A stretch of DNA of 64,000 nt, taken from positions 2,095,303-2,159,302 of the forward strand of contig NW_018405342.1 in NCBI RefSeq assembly GCF_002113885.1. The letters run 5' to 3'. Both the position numbers and the translations under genes were made by a program. Under the pieces are notes generated by a model, which did no database searches, was not told the origin of the DNA, and was given only the letters and a program-made list of their open reading frames with translations. This document shows, piece after piece, positions 14,401-26,400 of the stretch (positions are counted from its first letter, which is position 1; every line of letters begins with the position of its first letter). The stretch is from Mizuhopecten yessoensis (lineage: Eukaryota).

Positions 14401-17400
14401 TTGTGTATGCTGTGGTGGGATGTTGAATAGTCAGGTGTGGGGTGTGGTAATGGTCAGGTGTGGGAGTGTCTGAGTGGTTGTGTATGCTGTGGTGGGATGT
14501 TGCATAGTCAGGGGTGGGGGGGGGTATTGTCAGGTGTGGGAGTGTCTGAGTGTTTGGGTATGCTGTGGTGGGATGTTGGATAGTCAGGTGTGGGGTGGGG
14601 TATTGTCAGGTGTGGGAGTGCCTCAGTGTTTGTGTATGCTGTGGTGGGATTTTGCATAGTCAGGTGTGGGGTGGGGTATTGTCAGGTGTGGGAGTGTCTG
14701 AGTGTTTGGGTATGCTGTGGTGGGATGTTGGATAGTCAGGTGTGGGGTGGGGTATTGTCAGGTGTGGGAGTGCCTCAGTGTTTGTGTATGCTGTGGTGGG
14801 ATGTAGCATAGTCAGGTGTGGGGTGGGGTATTGTCAGGTGTGGGAGTGCCTCAGTGTTTGTGTATGCTGTGGTGGGATTTTGCATAGTCAGGTGTGGGGT
14901 GGGGTAATGGTCAGGTGTGGGAGGGTCTGAGTGTTTGTGTATGCTGTGGTGGGATTTTGCATAGTCAGGTGTGGGGTGGGGTATTGGTCAGGTGTGGGAG
15001 AGTCTGAGTGTTTGGGTATGCTGTGGTGGGATGTTGGATAGTCAGGTGTGGGGTGGGGTATTGTCAGGTGTGGGAGTGCCTCAGTGTTTGTGTATGCTGT
15101 GGTGGGATGTAGCATAGTCAGGTGTGGGGTGGGGTAATGGTCAGTTGTGGGATAGTCTGAGTGTTTGTGTATGCTGTGGTGGGTTGTTGAATAGTCAGGT
15201 GTGGGGTGGGGTGTAATGGTCAGGTGTGTGAGTGTCAGTGTGCTGGGGTAGGGTAATGATAAGGTGTGGGGGTGTCAGTATGCTGGGTTGGGGTAATGGT
15301 CATGTGTGGGAGTGTCAGTATGTTGGGGTGGGGTAATGGTCATGTGTGGGAGTGTCAGTGTACATGTGCTGTGGTGTGATGTGGAATGGTCAGGTGTGGG
15401 ATTGTGCTGAGGTAGGTTTGGGTGGGTTGTGATTAGGTGTGGGGGGGTGTTTGAAAGATGTAGGGTTGTGCTGGTGATATTTGACATACTCATGATATAA
15501 ACTTGAAGTAAACTAGAAAGGACAATAAAGACAATACCAGTTTGACAACATTTGTTAGATTTTAACCAACAATATAGGTGTGTGTATAAGTATTGTGAAA
15601 GTGCAATAAAAACAGAAGGTAGCTGTTTGAAGTCCACAATGATTTCTGAACTTTCTCACAGCTGTGAACTACTGCAACAGCTGTAAAACAATGACTGATC
15701 GGTGTGGAAAAAAGATACATGTTATTGCATTTTGATTGGTTAAAATAGGATGCATGATCTGATTGGCTGATTAATAATTGATAACGAAATGAGATAACAA
15801 AGGTATGAAATTAAAACAGGAAGTGTATCACCTGTTTCGTGTATAATTTCCAATAGATTTCCTAAAGGGTTGATGAATGTGAGGTCTGACAGATAACTTA
15901 AATATTTTCCATTTTTTTGAAAATAAGTTATGTTTTTAAATGACCAATTGTTGATGTGAAAATGACTTCATGACTTCTATGATTATTTTTTTTATTTCAA
16001 TAATTGTATTTTGTTGATATTTTACATTTGTTAAGCATAGAAATTGATCTCTTAAAATAAACTTGATATAAATATTGAATGAACAAAGCCTACAATGTGT
16101 ACTAGGTATAATCAGCAATGTGGACATTCAACCCAAAAGTTTAGAATTTGGATCAGAAGCGAGTCTTTGCCTGCGAGTCTTTGCCTGCTCCCGTACCTGT
16201 GAACCTCATGCCTTCAGTTGGGACCTATCTCTGGCTGTATATGATGAACAAACTTTCCTCGCTTTATCATTAAATCCTAAAGAAACTAGAAGATACCCAC
16301 AGGAAGTTATCACATGCATGCACTTTAAAGATGATAACTGCACCAAGACCCATAGAATACATCAAAACACTTGGCCTCCGACCTGTCTGCTTAAAATCTG
16401 TTTAAACACAATAATCTGTAAACCTATACTGCTAAGCTTGCAGGGATATATGTTTCTTTCCGTATAAGGTAAAACCCTAGTGCAAACTATTATTGATTGG
16501 TCAGATATCTCCTAAAGCCACACACAAGTGTGCCTGATTATACATCCTATAGGTCCTGTAAGAGGAAATCATGTTCTCCCTGAGGCAGGAAACATTTATT
16601 TGGAGCTGCACGGCCGAATTGATCATGTTTCAATCTAGTGATCTGGTGTAGGGGGAGAAAGCGGACTCCAGCATACACCATCAGTCCACTTGAGTAGCCA
16701 GCTGATGTACGAGATCAATAGCCTAACTTACAAGAAGGAAGAAGATGAATAGCATATACTACGGCGATATTGCGGTCATTTATACAACGTTCACATAACA
16801 TTGTATCCCACAGCCTACACACAAAAAGGTCCCCGTCAGTATCTATGTTTTATAGCCGAGATAAACAAAGCTTGATATAGTGGCCACTAACAATGCACAC
16901 ATCAAGATTAATAAACGAAATCATTCATAACTTCGGTCAAATTGTCCGTGTTCTTGGGATCTATATCGGTTACTATAATGAATGTTCCCCTCAAGGTTTA
17001 GATGAATATAATATATATGATTTCTGTAATGAATTCCTCCCACAGGTTTTTTTAATGGATACAAGCTGATTAATTAATTATTTACATCTCTCATTTCAAA
17101 CTCATCGTAGCCAGCTGAAAATTTGGTAATACAATCCTCAAAGGAATAAATTTGTAAATTGAAAACTATATCTGAAACGACAACGTGTCCTGTAAGTTCT
17201 TCTATGTCCTTGGCTTGACCTAATCAACAAGCACACATACAATTACTACATCATGAATATATAAATGTACATATACTGATGTAGAGTCGATGCTGCCGAG
17301 ATCATCAACACGGTCCATGGAGGCTAATTATTGAGACTATAAGGCAAACAATCTCTGACTTTTTCTATTCCAATATCACTAAAGACAAAAGATGCTGAGT

Positions 17401-20400
17401 GCCATGAAAACACACATGTGACCTTCAAATTCATCCTCACACTTGCCAACCTCTGTGCCATTAACACCAACTCACATAAAACAGACGTTTTCAAAGTCCT
17501 GAATGGCTCATAAATTCAGAGCGAAATGTTCAAACTTGTCACATGATGTTTTTTCAGTTGAAAATCAGCAGTTTAGTCTGTAGAATTTTGAAAGAAATCA
17601 GGTGTGATGTTTTCAAATAATATAAATCAATTCTTTTTTTCTATTTTGCAGAAAATTTTCCACACTTTCTGCAGATATTTTGCATGTACACTCTGTAGAA
17701 CATTTCAGTTAACATTGCACAGGACTTCCCGTTATTTTCACCACCAAATTCTACAGATTGTCATTAACACTGTCAATTCACTGCAGGCGTTAATTGTTTC
17801 AGTAGGAAACAATACTGTATCAGGGATTTTTTTTAACTCTATTTCATTGTTTGATAAACCAGCCTTAACATTTACATACTGAACATAAATATGTATAGAC
17901 TTGCGATGCAATCAAATACATACATTTCAGCATTGCTGATGCAATAATTTCCACATGCACACTGCAAAAGGTTTGAACAGTCGAAATCAATCATAAAAAA
18001 CTTCTACATGCAAAAGATAGTCATTCAACATTATTTGAATTAATCAATGTGACATTCTAACACAGTCAAAATATAAAGCTGAAGACCTTTGCATAATTTT
18101 AGCACAAATTCCAACATGTGTAAACTTATGTAAGATTTCTTTCTTAACATTAAAAGATGCCTGTTATTTTTACAGATACATTCAAGACTTTTAATCGAGG
18201 TTTTTCAAAATTCATTACCACAATTAATTAATAAATGTGAAAGTCTAAATATTATCATAATACAAGAATTTTTTTTAAGAAATATTACTAAAACTAAACA
18301 CAATAGGGAAGGTTTTAGAGACAAAATTCCTTAAAATGACAGCAAAATAAGGATATAAAAAAACTACAAACTCTGGGCATACATATAAAATGTATCAAAT
18401 TAATTCATTAACAGACTAATAATCATCAACAACTATTATACAGAGAAAGCCATGCATTCATTCATGATCAGTGTAAAATGATCAGTTTTATTATTATTTC
18501 AGTCACATTCCAAAATAATTCTAAAAGATCAACAAGCTTTATAAAAACAACACAGTGGAATGTTACGACCAATCTCAAATTCATCTGGGCTTTTTTCCGT
18601 TAATTTTAACAAATTGACATGCAAACTGTCTGTCAACAAACTACTTACAGTGTTGTGGTCTACTGTTTTCTAAAAGTATATAAGGCATTCAGATTTTACT
18701 ACATATTTTTGTGATAGAATAAAATGAAACAAATACTATTGCTTAGTCTGAGGTCTATATATCAATGGGAAAACAAAACTCCCTTACACATACTCATGGC
18801 AATCCAAAATACACATACAAATTGTCATTTTAACAAGATAAATTGTTCCTAACTCATTTGATAGTTTGCATCTTTATCATTGTAACAGCCAATTATGGTT
18901 ATAGAAGACACCTTGTTCACAGATGATTGGTTCTGACCATGACAGCCTCCTTTAAAGTGTTGTCCCACTGTAATGTCATACCTGGACATGATGGTAGCAT
19001 AAATATTAACATACAGCAAGTACCTAACAAAATGTGTATCTTGCATCTAAGAATTCTTGTTTGCCTATCCTTATTTCTGAAGTAAGCGTTCTCTGTATAG
19101 CCATCGTAGTATACTCCTTACTAAATCTGAGAGAGCTTCCTCTGTAGCATTTTCCTTACTTCTGAGGTAAGCATTCTCTGTAGTGTTCTTAAGTTCAGCC
19201 TGCTTTTACTTCTGAAATAAGTTTGCTCTGTAGCAGCCGTAGCATAGATACACTTTACTTATGAATGAAGCCTCCTCTGTAGTGGTCTATCCTGCTCTTA
19301 TTAAGTAATCACCCTCTGTAATGGTCTATCCTGCTCTTATTAAGTAATCACCCTGTGTAGTGGTCTATCCTGTTCTTATGAAGTAATCACCCTCTGTAGT
19401 GGTCTATCCTGCTCTTATTGAGTAATCACCCTCTGTAGTGGTCTATCCTGCTCTTATAATGAAGTAATCACACTCTGTAGTGGTCTATCCTGCTCTTATA
19501 ATGAAGTAATCACCCTCTGTAGTGGTCTATCCTGCTCTTATTAAGTAGTCACCCTCTGTAGTGGTCTATCCTGCTCTTATAATGAAGTCATCACCCTCTG
19601 TGGTGGTCTATCCTGCTCTTATTGAGTAATCACCCTCCGTAGTGGTCTATCCTGCTCTTATAATGAAGTAATCGCCCTCTGTGGTGGTCTATCTTGCTCT
19701 TATAATGAAGTAATCATCATCTGTAGTGGTCTATCCTGCTCTTATTAAGTAATCACCCTCTGTAATGGTCTATCCTGCTCTTATTAAGTAATCACCCTGT
19801 GTAGTGGTCTATCCTGTTCTTATGAAGTAATCACCCTCTGTAGTGGTCTATCCTGCTCTTATTAAGTAATCATCCTCTGTAGTGGTCTATCCTTCTCTTA
19901 TGAAGTTATCACCCTCTGTAGTGGTCTATCCTGTTCTTATGAAGTAATCACACTCTGTAGTGGTCTATCCTGCTCTTATTAAGTAATCACCCTCTGTAGT
20001 GGTCTATAGCCCACTCTTATGTATCTGACGTTTAGCATCTTCTGTTACTTCTGAGGTGCATGGAAGCGTCCTCTGTAGCAGGTCCTTTTGATGTGCATTA
20101 GTTTTTTTACGCATTAATAGGTTTTTAACCAAAAAAAACACCCCTCACGGAACTGTTACGAGAAAATAACAATATAAAATATGCAAAATATATTCAACAG
20201 CAGTGTTGTAAATGGGGAAAAAATCAGCGGGACAACCGGGATTTGAACCCTAGACTTCAAATTGGTATACTGTCCCTCTAACCAATTGAGCTACCTGCAA
20301 ACAGAGGTATCTTGGACCAACTGTGCTAAAGTTGTATGAAAACAGAAGTTAAGGGGAGGTCACTGTGTATAGGACAAACCACTATGCAGTGGGACAGCTA

Positions 20401-23400
20401 GGGGTCCTAAGTCCTGATATTTGCTGGTCATGAATTGTAACTCACACCTGAGTTAACGAATTAGAAATCAAAACTGGCATCTTCTCAGATTTCAACTCCT
20501 TTTATACAGCCAAGGTTAAGCTGGGGCCGATCCCCAGGGATAACGCCCAAAAGTGTATCAAAGCCTTATAATAGTACATTGTTCACCTGGTCAGTCAGTG
20601 GCACGTCCTGAATGAAGTGGTCAGTTTAAATTCAGTGTGGTGGACGTGAGTCTTGGGTATACACGTAACTTAAATTCCTTACTGGTCGAGGGTTACTAAC
20701 AATAGATGTTCAGCGGATCACAGACCAGTCTTTCCACCTGTGTGGTTGTACCTTTAATATACTGGGGTTATAAATACACACAGCATACTTACAGCTGATT
20801 TACTTTCCATCCAAGATGGGTTCCCACTACTTTCCTGTATTTTTTAGAATTACAGATGTGTTATTCTTAATGTAATAAAATTATAAAACAGATAAATAAA
20901 ATACAAATTATAGGATACAACTTTTTTCCTGTTTTAATATGCTTGGAAATCCTCTCATGATGAACTACACAGATATAAGTTTACAAGTGGCAAAATGTTG
21001 TTATGTATAGTACAGGATTGGTATACTTTTAAACTAAAGGTTTCTCAGCTTTTACTTTGCAATTTGACCTTTTCCATAAAATGACTGAGCTGTATAGAGG
21101 GTAAGACTGGTGATAGTGGTATCACTAAATGCAGCAACCCATGACAACAATCAGAAAGTTGTAAAACTTTTGCTTTATTACTTTTGCATTTATCTTTGGA
21201 ATTTTCTTTCACTGGTGATGTTTTAGTACAGTATACTCCCTCAGTACTTCTATGATACTGGTAGAACAACCGAAATATGTGTTATTACTACAAAGCAGTG
21301 TGGACCTATCTTTACCCAGTGTGGACCTATCTTTACCCAGTGTGGACCCATCTTTACCCAGTGTGGACCCATCTTTACCCAGTGCGGACCTATCTTTACC
21401 CAGGTTAAAGATCAAACTAAACACAACTTTCACCATAACCAATATTCTTCTCTATCAGACAATCCTAGGGGTTAAACTTAATCCTACCAGGGGATAAAAA
21501 AGCACACACTCGTATTCCAAAATTGGACCATATATACAACCGTGTGGAGAAAAGGATTACTTCAAATCTTTTGTTAAATTGTTTATCACAGCTGTGATAT
21601 TTGAAGGAGGGAACTAAACACATATAATATCAAACCAACCTTAATGCAAGTGAAATACAGTTAAATTCATTCGTTTTTGGGAAGCTCACTAATGAAGCTC
21701 ACTAATGCAGTTCATTAAATTCATCCTTCTATTCTCATTCATCCATATCTTAATCATTGTACCTGCCTGGCCACCCTAGTCATATGTACTGTACCGGAGG
21801 ACACAATACCTTCGTCTCCCCTGGATAGTAAATATTATATATAACCATTACATCCTGGCTCTCTATCTAAAAAGTAGCTGTGTTTATTTCCTCACCAGCG
21901 TAGTCTTTAAATCATTGAGCCTCACTTTCTATCTAATAAGTACTGAGTTTATCTCGTGACCCAGGTATAGATCACACAGGTTATTTCCAGCTCTTTATCA
22001 TCATCTGAAGTTAAAGGTATATATATCTGTAAATGTATATGTATTTTGACTGTATACAGCACCAGTAAGTAATGAAGCTATTATGTGCCACAAAAAACTG
22101 TCAACTTTAATCATTACATGAACACAAGCCACATTAACGAAATGAATATTTTAAACTAACATTACCCCCAAAGTGATAGGTGTCACAGCTGTGTGTTAAA
22201 TAAAATTAGGTTGATTTCCAGGTATAAAATCTAGGTCAGTGAAATCAACAGTACAGGCATACACAAGTTTAATCCTCTACCTCGTCGTAAGCAAATGGAA
22301 GTGTATAATACAACTATAAATACACATGTACATTGTTGGCTAATGGATGGGAATAACATCAATTCGTTTTTTAGAAAAGAAAGACCTGCCGATCGAGATT
22401 TCCCTACTCTTACCGTACAGACCTTAAATACCTGAATCTTTATACAGGTAAATCACAATGTGGTCATCGAGGCGAATCGTGAAGATCTGTTTTCTGGTGA
22501 GATTCAGGTCATTTTATGGGCAACGGAGGAAATAAAACTCAGCGCATTTAACATCACAAACCTTTCAGAAATATTTTTAGGATTGGCAATGCTCCCGAAT
22601 ACCTCTCTACCAGAAATACAAAAATGTTTAAATAACATTTGTCAGAATTACAAATTTCACTTTTTCTATTTCTCTTCGTTTTTTGAAATGGTAATTTACA
22701 TATATAACAACATGGAAATATATTATGTACATAGCAATGTTTATGAATATATTACATCTATAAACATTCCTATGGTGTGTGTAGTGTTAAAGCCCCTCTG
22801 TTTATTTGTACAATCCCAATGTGTGCACCTATACCTGCACTTAGCCACGCCCCGTTCTACCGGTATTTCGTACCGGATGTGGATTGACTTGCCAATTCCA
22901 AGCTTCAATACAGATAACTGTATCTATAGACTGAAGCATATACTTCACTTGTGAATTTATCTACGAGTGTATCAACATACCTAGTTGTCTAGGACAGAAA
23001 CTATCAGAACATGCTATAGCTACAGTATATAGCTGCACGTAGTCAACCTGACCCATTAGTCTGTATGGTACCCAAGATAAGATCAGGCTCCGAATAAGCC
23101 CACCCTCTTCTTCAACAAACCTTACTGATAAGTGTCGTAAATACAACAGATGGAAAGGCTAATACAGGTATAAAGTCAAGATCTCAAAGTTATTTTTTTT
23201 AATCTTTTCTATGTGAAAAATAACAAGTCTGCATTGCACTAAAATTCTGAAAAAGGTTGAAATTATTTTTAAACAAGAGGCCCATGGGCCTTAACGGTCA
23301 CCTGAGTCTACAGTATTTTTTTTTTTGTTGAAATATGTACCAATTTGAGTAAAAAATAGTATAATGTTAACTTAACTTTGTCAGGACCATGAGCTGATCA

Positions 23401-26400
23401 TTCCTAGACCAATTTTAAGTGAGATCGGCCTATTAGAATTTAGTAGCAAAATAGCGGCCATGGCAGCCAAATTGTATTTCTGATTGACCCGAAAAATAAC
23501 AACACTTTGTCAGGACCATGAGTCGATCATTCCTACAAAGTTTCAGTTCAATCGGCCAAGTAGATCTTTACTTTAAGTTTGAAATAGTTTACCAAAATGG
23601 CAGCTGTGGTGGCCATATTGGATTTCTGATCGACCTGAAAAATAACAACACTTTGTCAGGACCATGAGTCAATCATTCCTACAAAGTTTCAGTTCAATCG
23701 GCCTAGCAGAACTTGACTTTAAGTTTGAAATATGTTTTCAAAATGGTGGCCGTGGCGGCCATATTGGATTTATGATTGACCTGAAAAATAACAACACTTT
23801 GTCAGGACCATGAGTCGATCATTCCTACAAACTTTAAGTTCAATCGGTCCAGCAGAACTTGACTTTAAGTTTGAAATAGGTTTTCAAAATGGCGGCCGTG
23901 GTGGCCATATTGGATTTCTGATCGACCCAAAAAATAACAACACTTTGTCAGGACCATGAGGCGATCATTCCTACCAACTTTCAGTTCAATCGGCCCAGCA
24001 GAACTTGACTTTAAGTTTGAAATGTAAAATGTTAACGGACGACGGACGACGGACGACGACGGACGAAAACGGATAGCAATAGGTCACTTGAGCTAAAGCT
24101 CAGGTGACCTAAAAACTGAAAATGTTCATCTGCGATACAACAAGTCAAACTCCAAGCTCTACAAAGATTCTTTAAAACTTTGCCTACAGGTATGAAAATT
24201 AAGACAGTTGATAGCATCAAAGTTTCTTTATTCCATAGTTTATCTAGGTACTGTAGGTGACAAGCTACAATTAGGGAATGGCTGACTCCATTAACCTACT
24301 TCCAAACACCTTATGTGTTTACTTCTGTCATTGTCAGCAGATAGGGAAGGAATGTAATGGGTTGAATATCATAGTAAGCTTGAGTCCATCGAACCTACTT
24401 AGATTATTACACAGGTGAGCTGGCCCACATAATATACTACACACAGGTAGACGGCTACACCTGACATACCTGTGGCTGTTCTCATTGTTTTCCTTCGTTT
24501 TCGCTTGGACTCAATGGTGGAGAGGTTTGTTAATGTGGTGACTCAAGTTCACAGCCAACCCAATTCTAGTCTCAGTAAGGCCTATCAAATTCTACCTGTT
24601 TCAATTCGGGTAGGTCAAGTTTCAAATTGTTTTACGAGCAGTGTCGCACACATTTCGTCTTTAGTGTATCATATAGCATGATATGAAACGAAAAACAAGG
24701 AATTCAAAAAGGCCTCTGAATTCCAAATATGTTTCTTCCTTTAAAAGAAAATATCATCGTGTGATGCATCCTACTATATACCAGGTAACTACAAAGGGAT
24801 AGGTCGCAACAATGGCCCATCCTTTCACAATTGTGTACGTACATGATAAATACAGGTGTATTATACACAAAATTACAGGTTTTCCCAAAAGTTGTTAGAC
24901 AAACCTTGTTTGCGCCAATATTTTAAACAATAATTTTTAATTTCCTTATTATCTTTTCACAGTTGACTGAAGCAGATAATGCACCATATGCCATGCAAAC
25001 TGTTGGGTATCCAATTTCCTTAATTCATAGACATAGCTAGGTACATGTAAGGTTACTGAAAACAGACATTAGACATGAATTATAAAGATAAAGAAAAAGA
25101 TAATTCTGCTTCCTTATGATATCTGCATGTATGTTTTATTTGATTGATAAAAACATCGTCAATAATATTAAAATAATTTCTTCAAGATCAGATCATGAAA
25201 AAAAACATAACTTTTTATAATTTTGAGAATAAAAAAGAAAAAAAATCCTTCGTAATCGCTAGGGAGAAATAAAACTTATAAAATAAAGGTAGAACCAATC
25301 TTCGGACAAATACATTACTTGTCATCAAAACTTGATTGCTATCAATAACAGGAATTTATTATTTAAAAAACAAAGCAAATCCATACTGATTTATATTTTT
25401 TACCTTTCAGTCTTCACCCTATAAGACACACAATTACACAAGGACTGGCCTGATATTTCTTTCTATTGCAGGTGGTGAATCATTAAACAATTAATACTTT
25501 TCAAAAGTTACTTGAGATGCCCTCCCTGGTGAGTTGTTGCCGTGGTGAGGGTTTTGGTGTTAAGAAGTAGATGTGACAGGGGTATAGGGGTCTACTAGTT
25601 CCCAAACACTGTATTTTTCTCAATCTAAATCCTGTTTTCCTTCACACATATACACCCTAACAGAAGTACCGTATATTACAGGTTGTATGCCCATGTTTGA
25701 TATTAACCCATTCACCTCTAAAGTCACATCTGAACCTCACCAAATCAAAGTCTGGGCAAGTCCAGTTTAGTTGTGTAGGGGTGAATGAGTTAAGAATGAG
25801 TGAGAGATCATACCCCGTTTTTCTTAGTCATTATTTTTTGGTCCAGACTGGCTGTTGATTTCTATAAATCCTAAATAGGAAGTATATCTAATATGTTACT
25901 TGTTTATGTCGAATTTGTCCATTAGGTAAAAAACATTGCTGACAAAATTGTTTGGCAAGAAAGGTAACAGATTAAGATAAAAACCTTATGCCCCATTTCA
26001 ATCAGTCCTAAACTTCTATACTGATGTAGTTAAGGTTGTATGCTACAATACAAATAATTTCTGTAATTTGAGCTAGAGTTATCTACCTTAAAATATTTTA
26101 CTTTCTAACAAAATATAACAGTTCAGAATTACCATAATTACTGTAATTGTAAATTCTGGTAAATTTCTCATTCTCATTCATTTAATAAGTCAAAATTCAA
26201 AAAACGCACTTTCATACAATGGATATATTTAAGTTATGTCCCAATAAAAGGTAGCATGTACCCTTAAGTGGCGCCACATGGGCTTAAATAAATGAACACT
26301 GTGTGTCAGATAATGAATTGTCTAAATATGATGTATTTTATTAAATGATATGTAAATTATTTCACATGGGATGAAATGATACAACTTCCTTGCAATAAAC

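Noticed and set aside
14474-15115. Overlapping Cys/Gly/Val-rich and Pro/His/Thr-rich ORFs
   Set aside because: Translations of the 76-bp minisatellite; the period is not a multiple of 3 and there is no splice support.
20222-20296. Possible tRNA gene
   Set aside because: A and B boxes are present but the cloverleaf stems are broken; better explained as a SINE head.
21209-21497. STLGKDG / PSVDLSL heptad-repeat ORFs
   Set aside because: A 21-bp tandem repeat open on both strands, with no link to any gene model.
22460-22954. Longest ORF in the track (164 aa, + strand)
   Set aside because: GTG start, low-complexity AT-driven composition, no recognisable domain.
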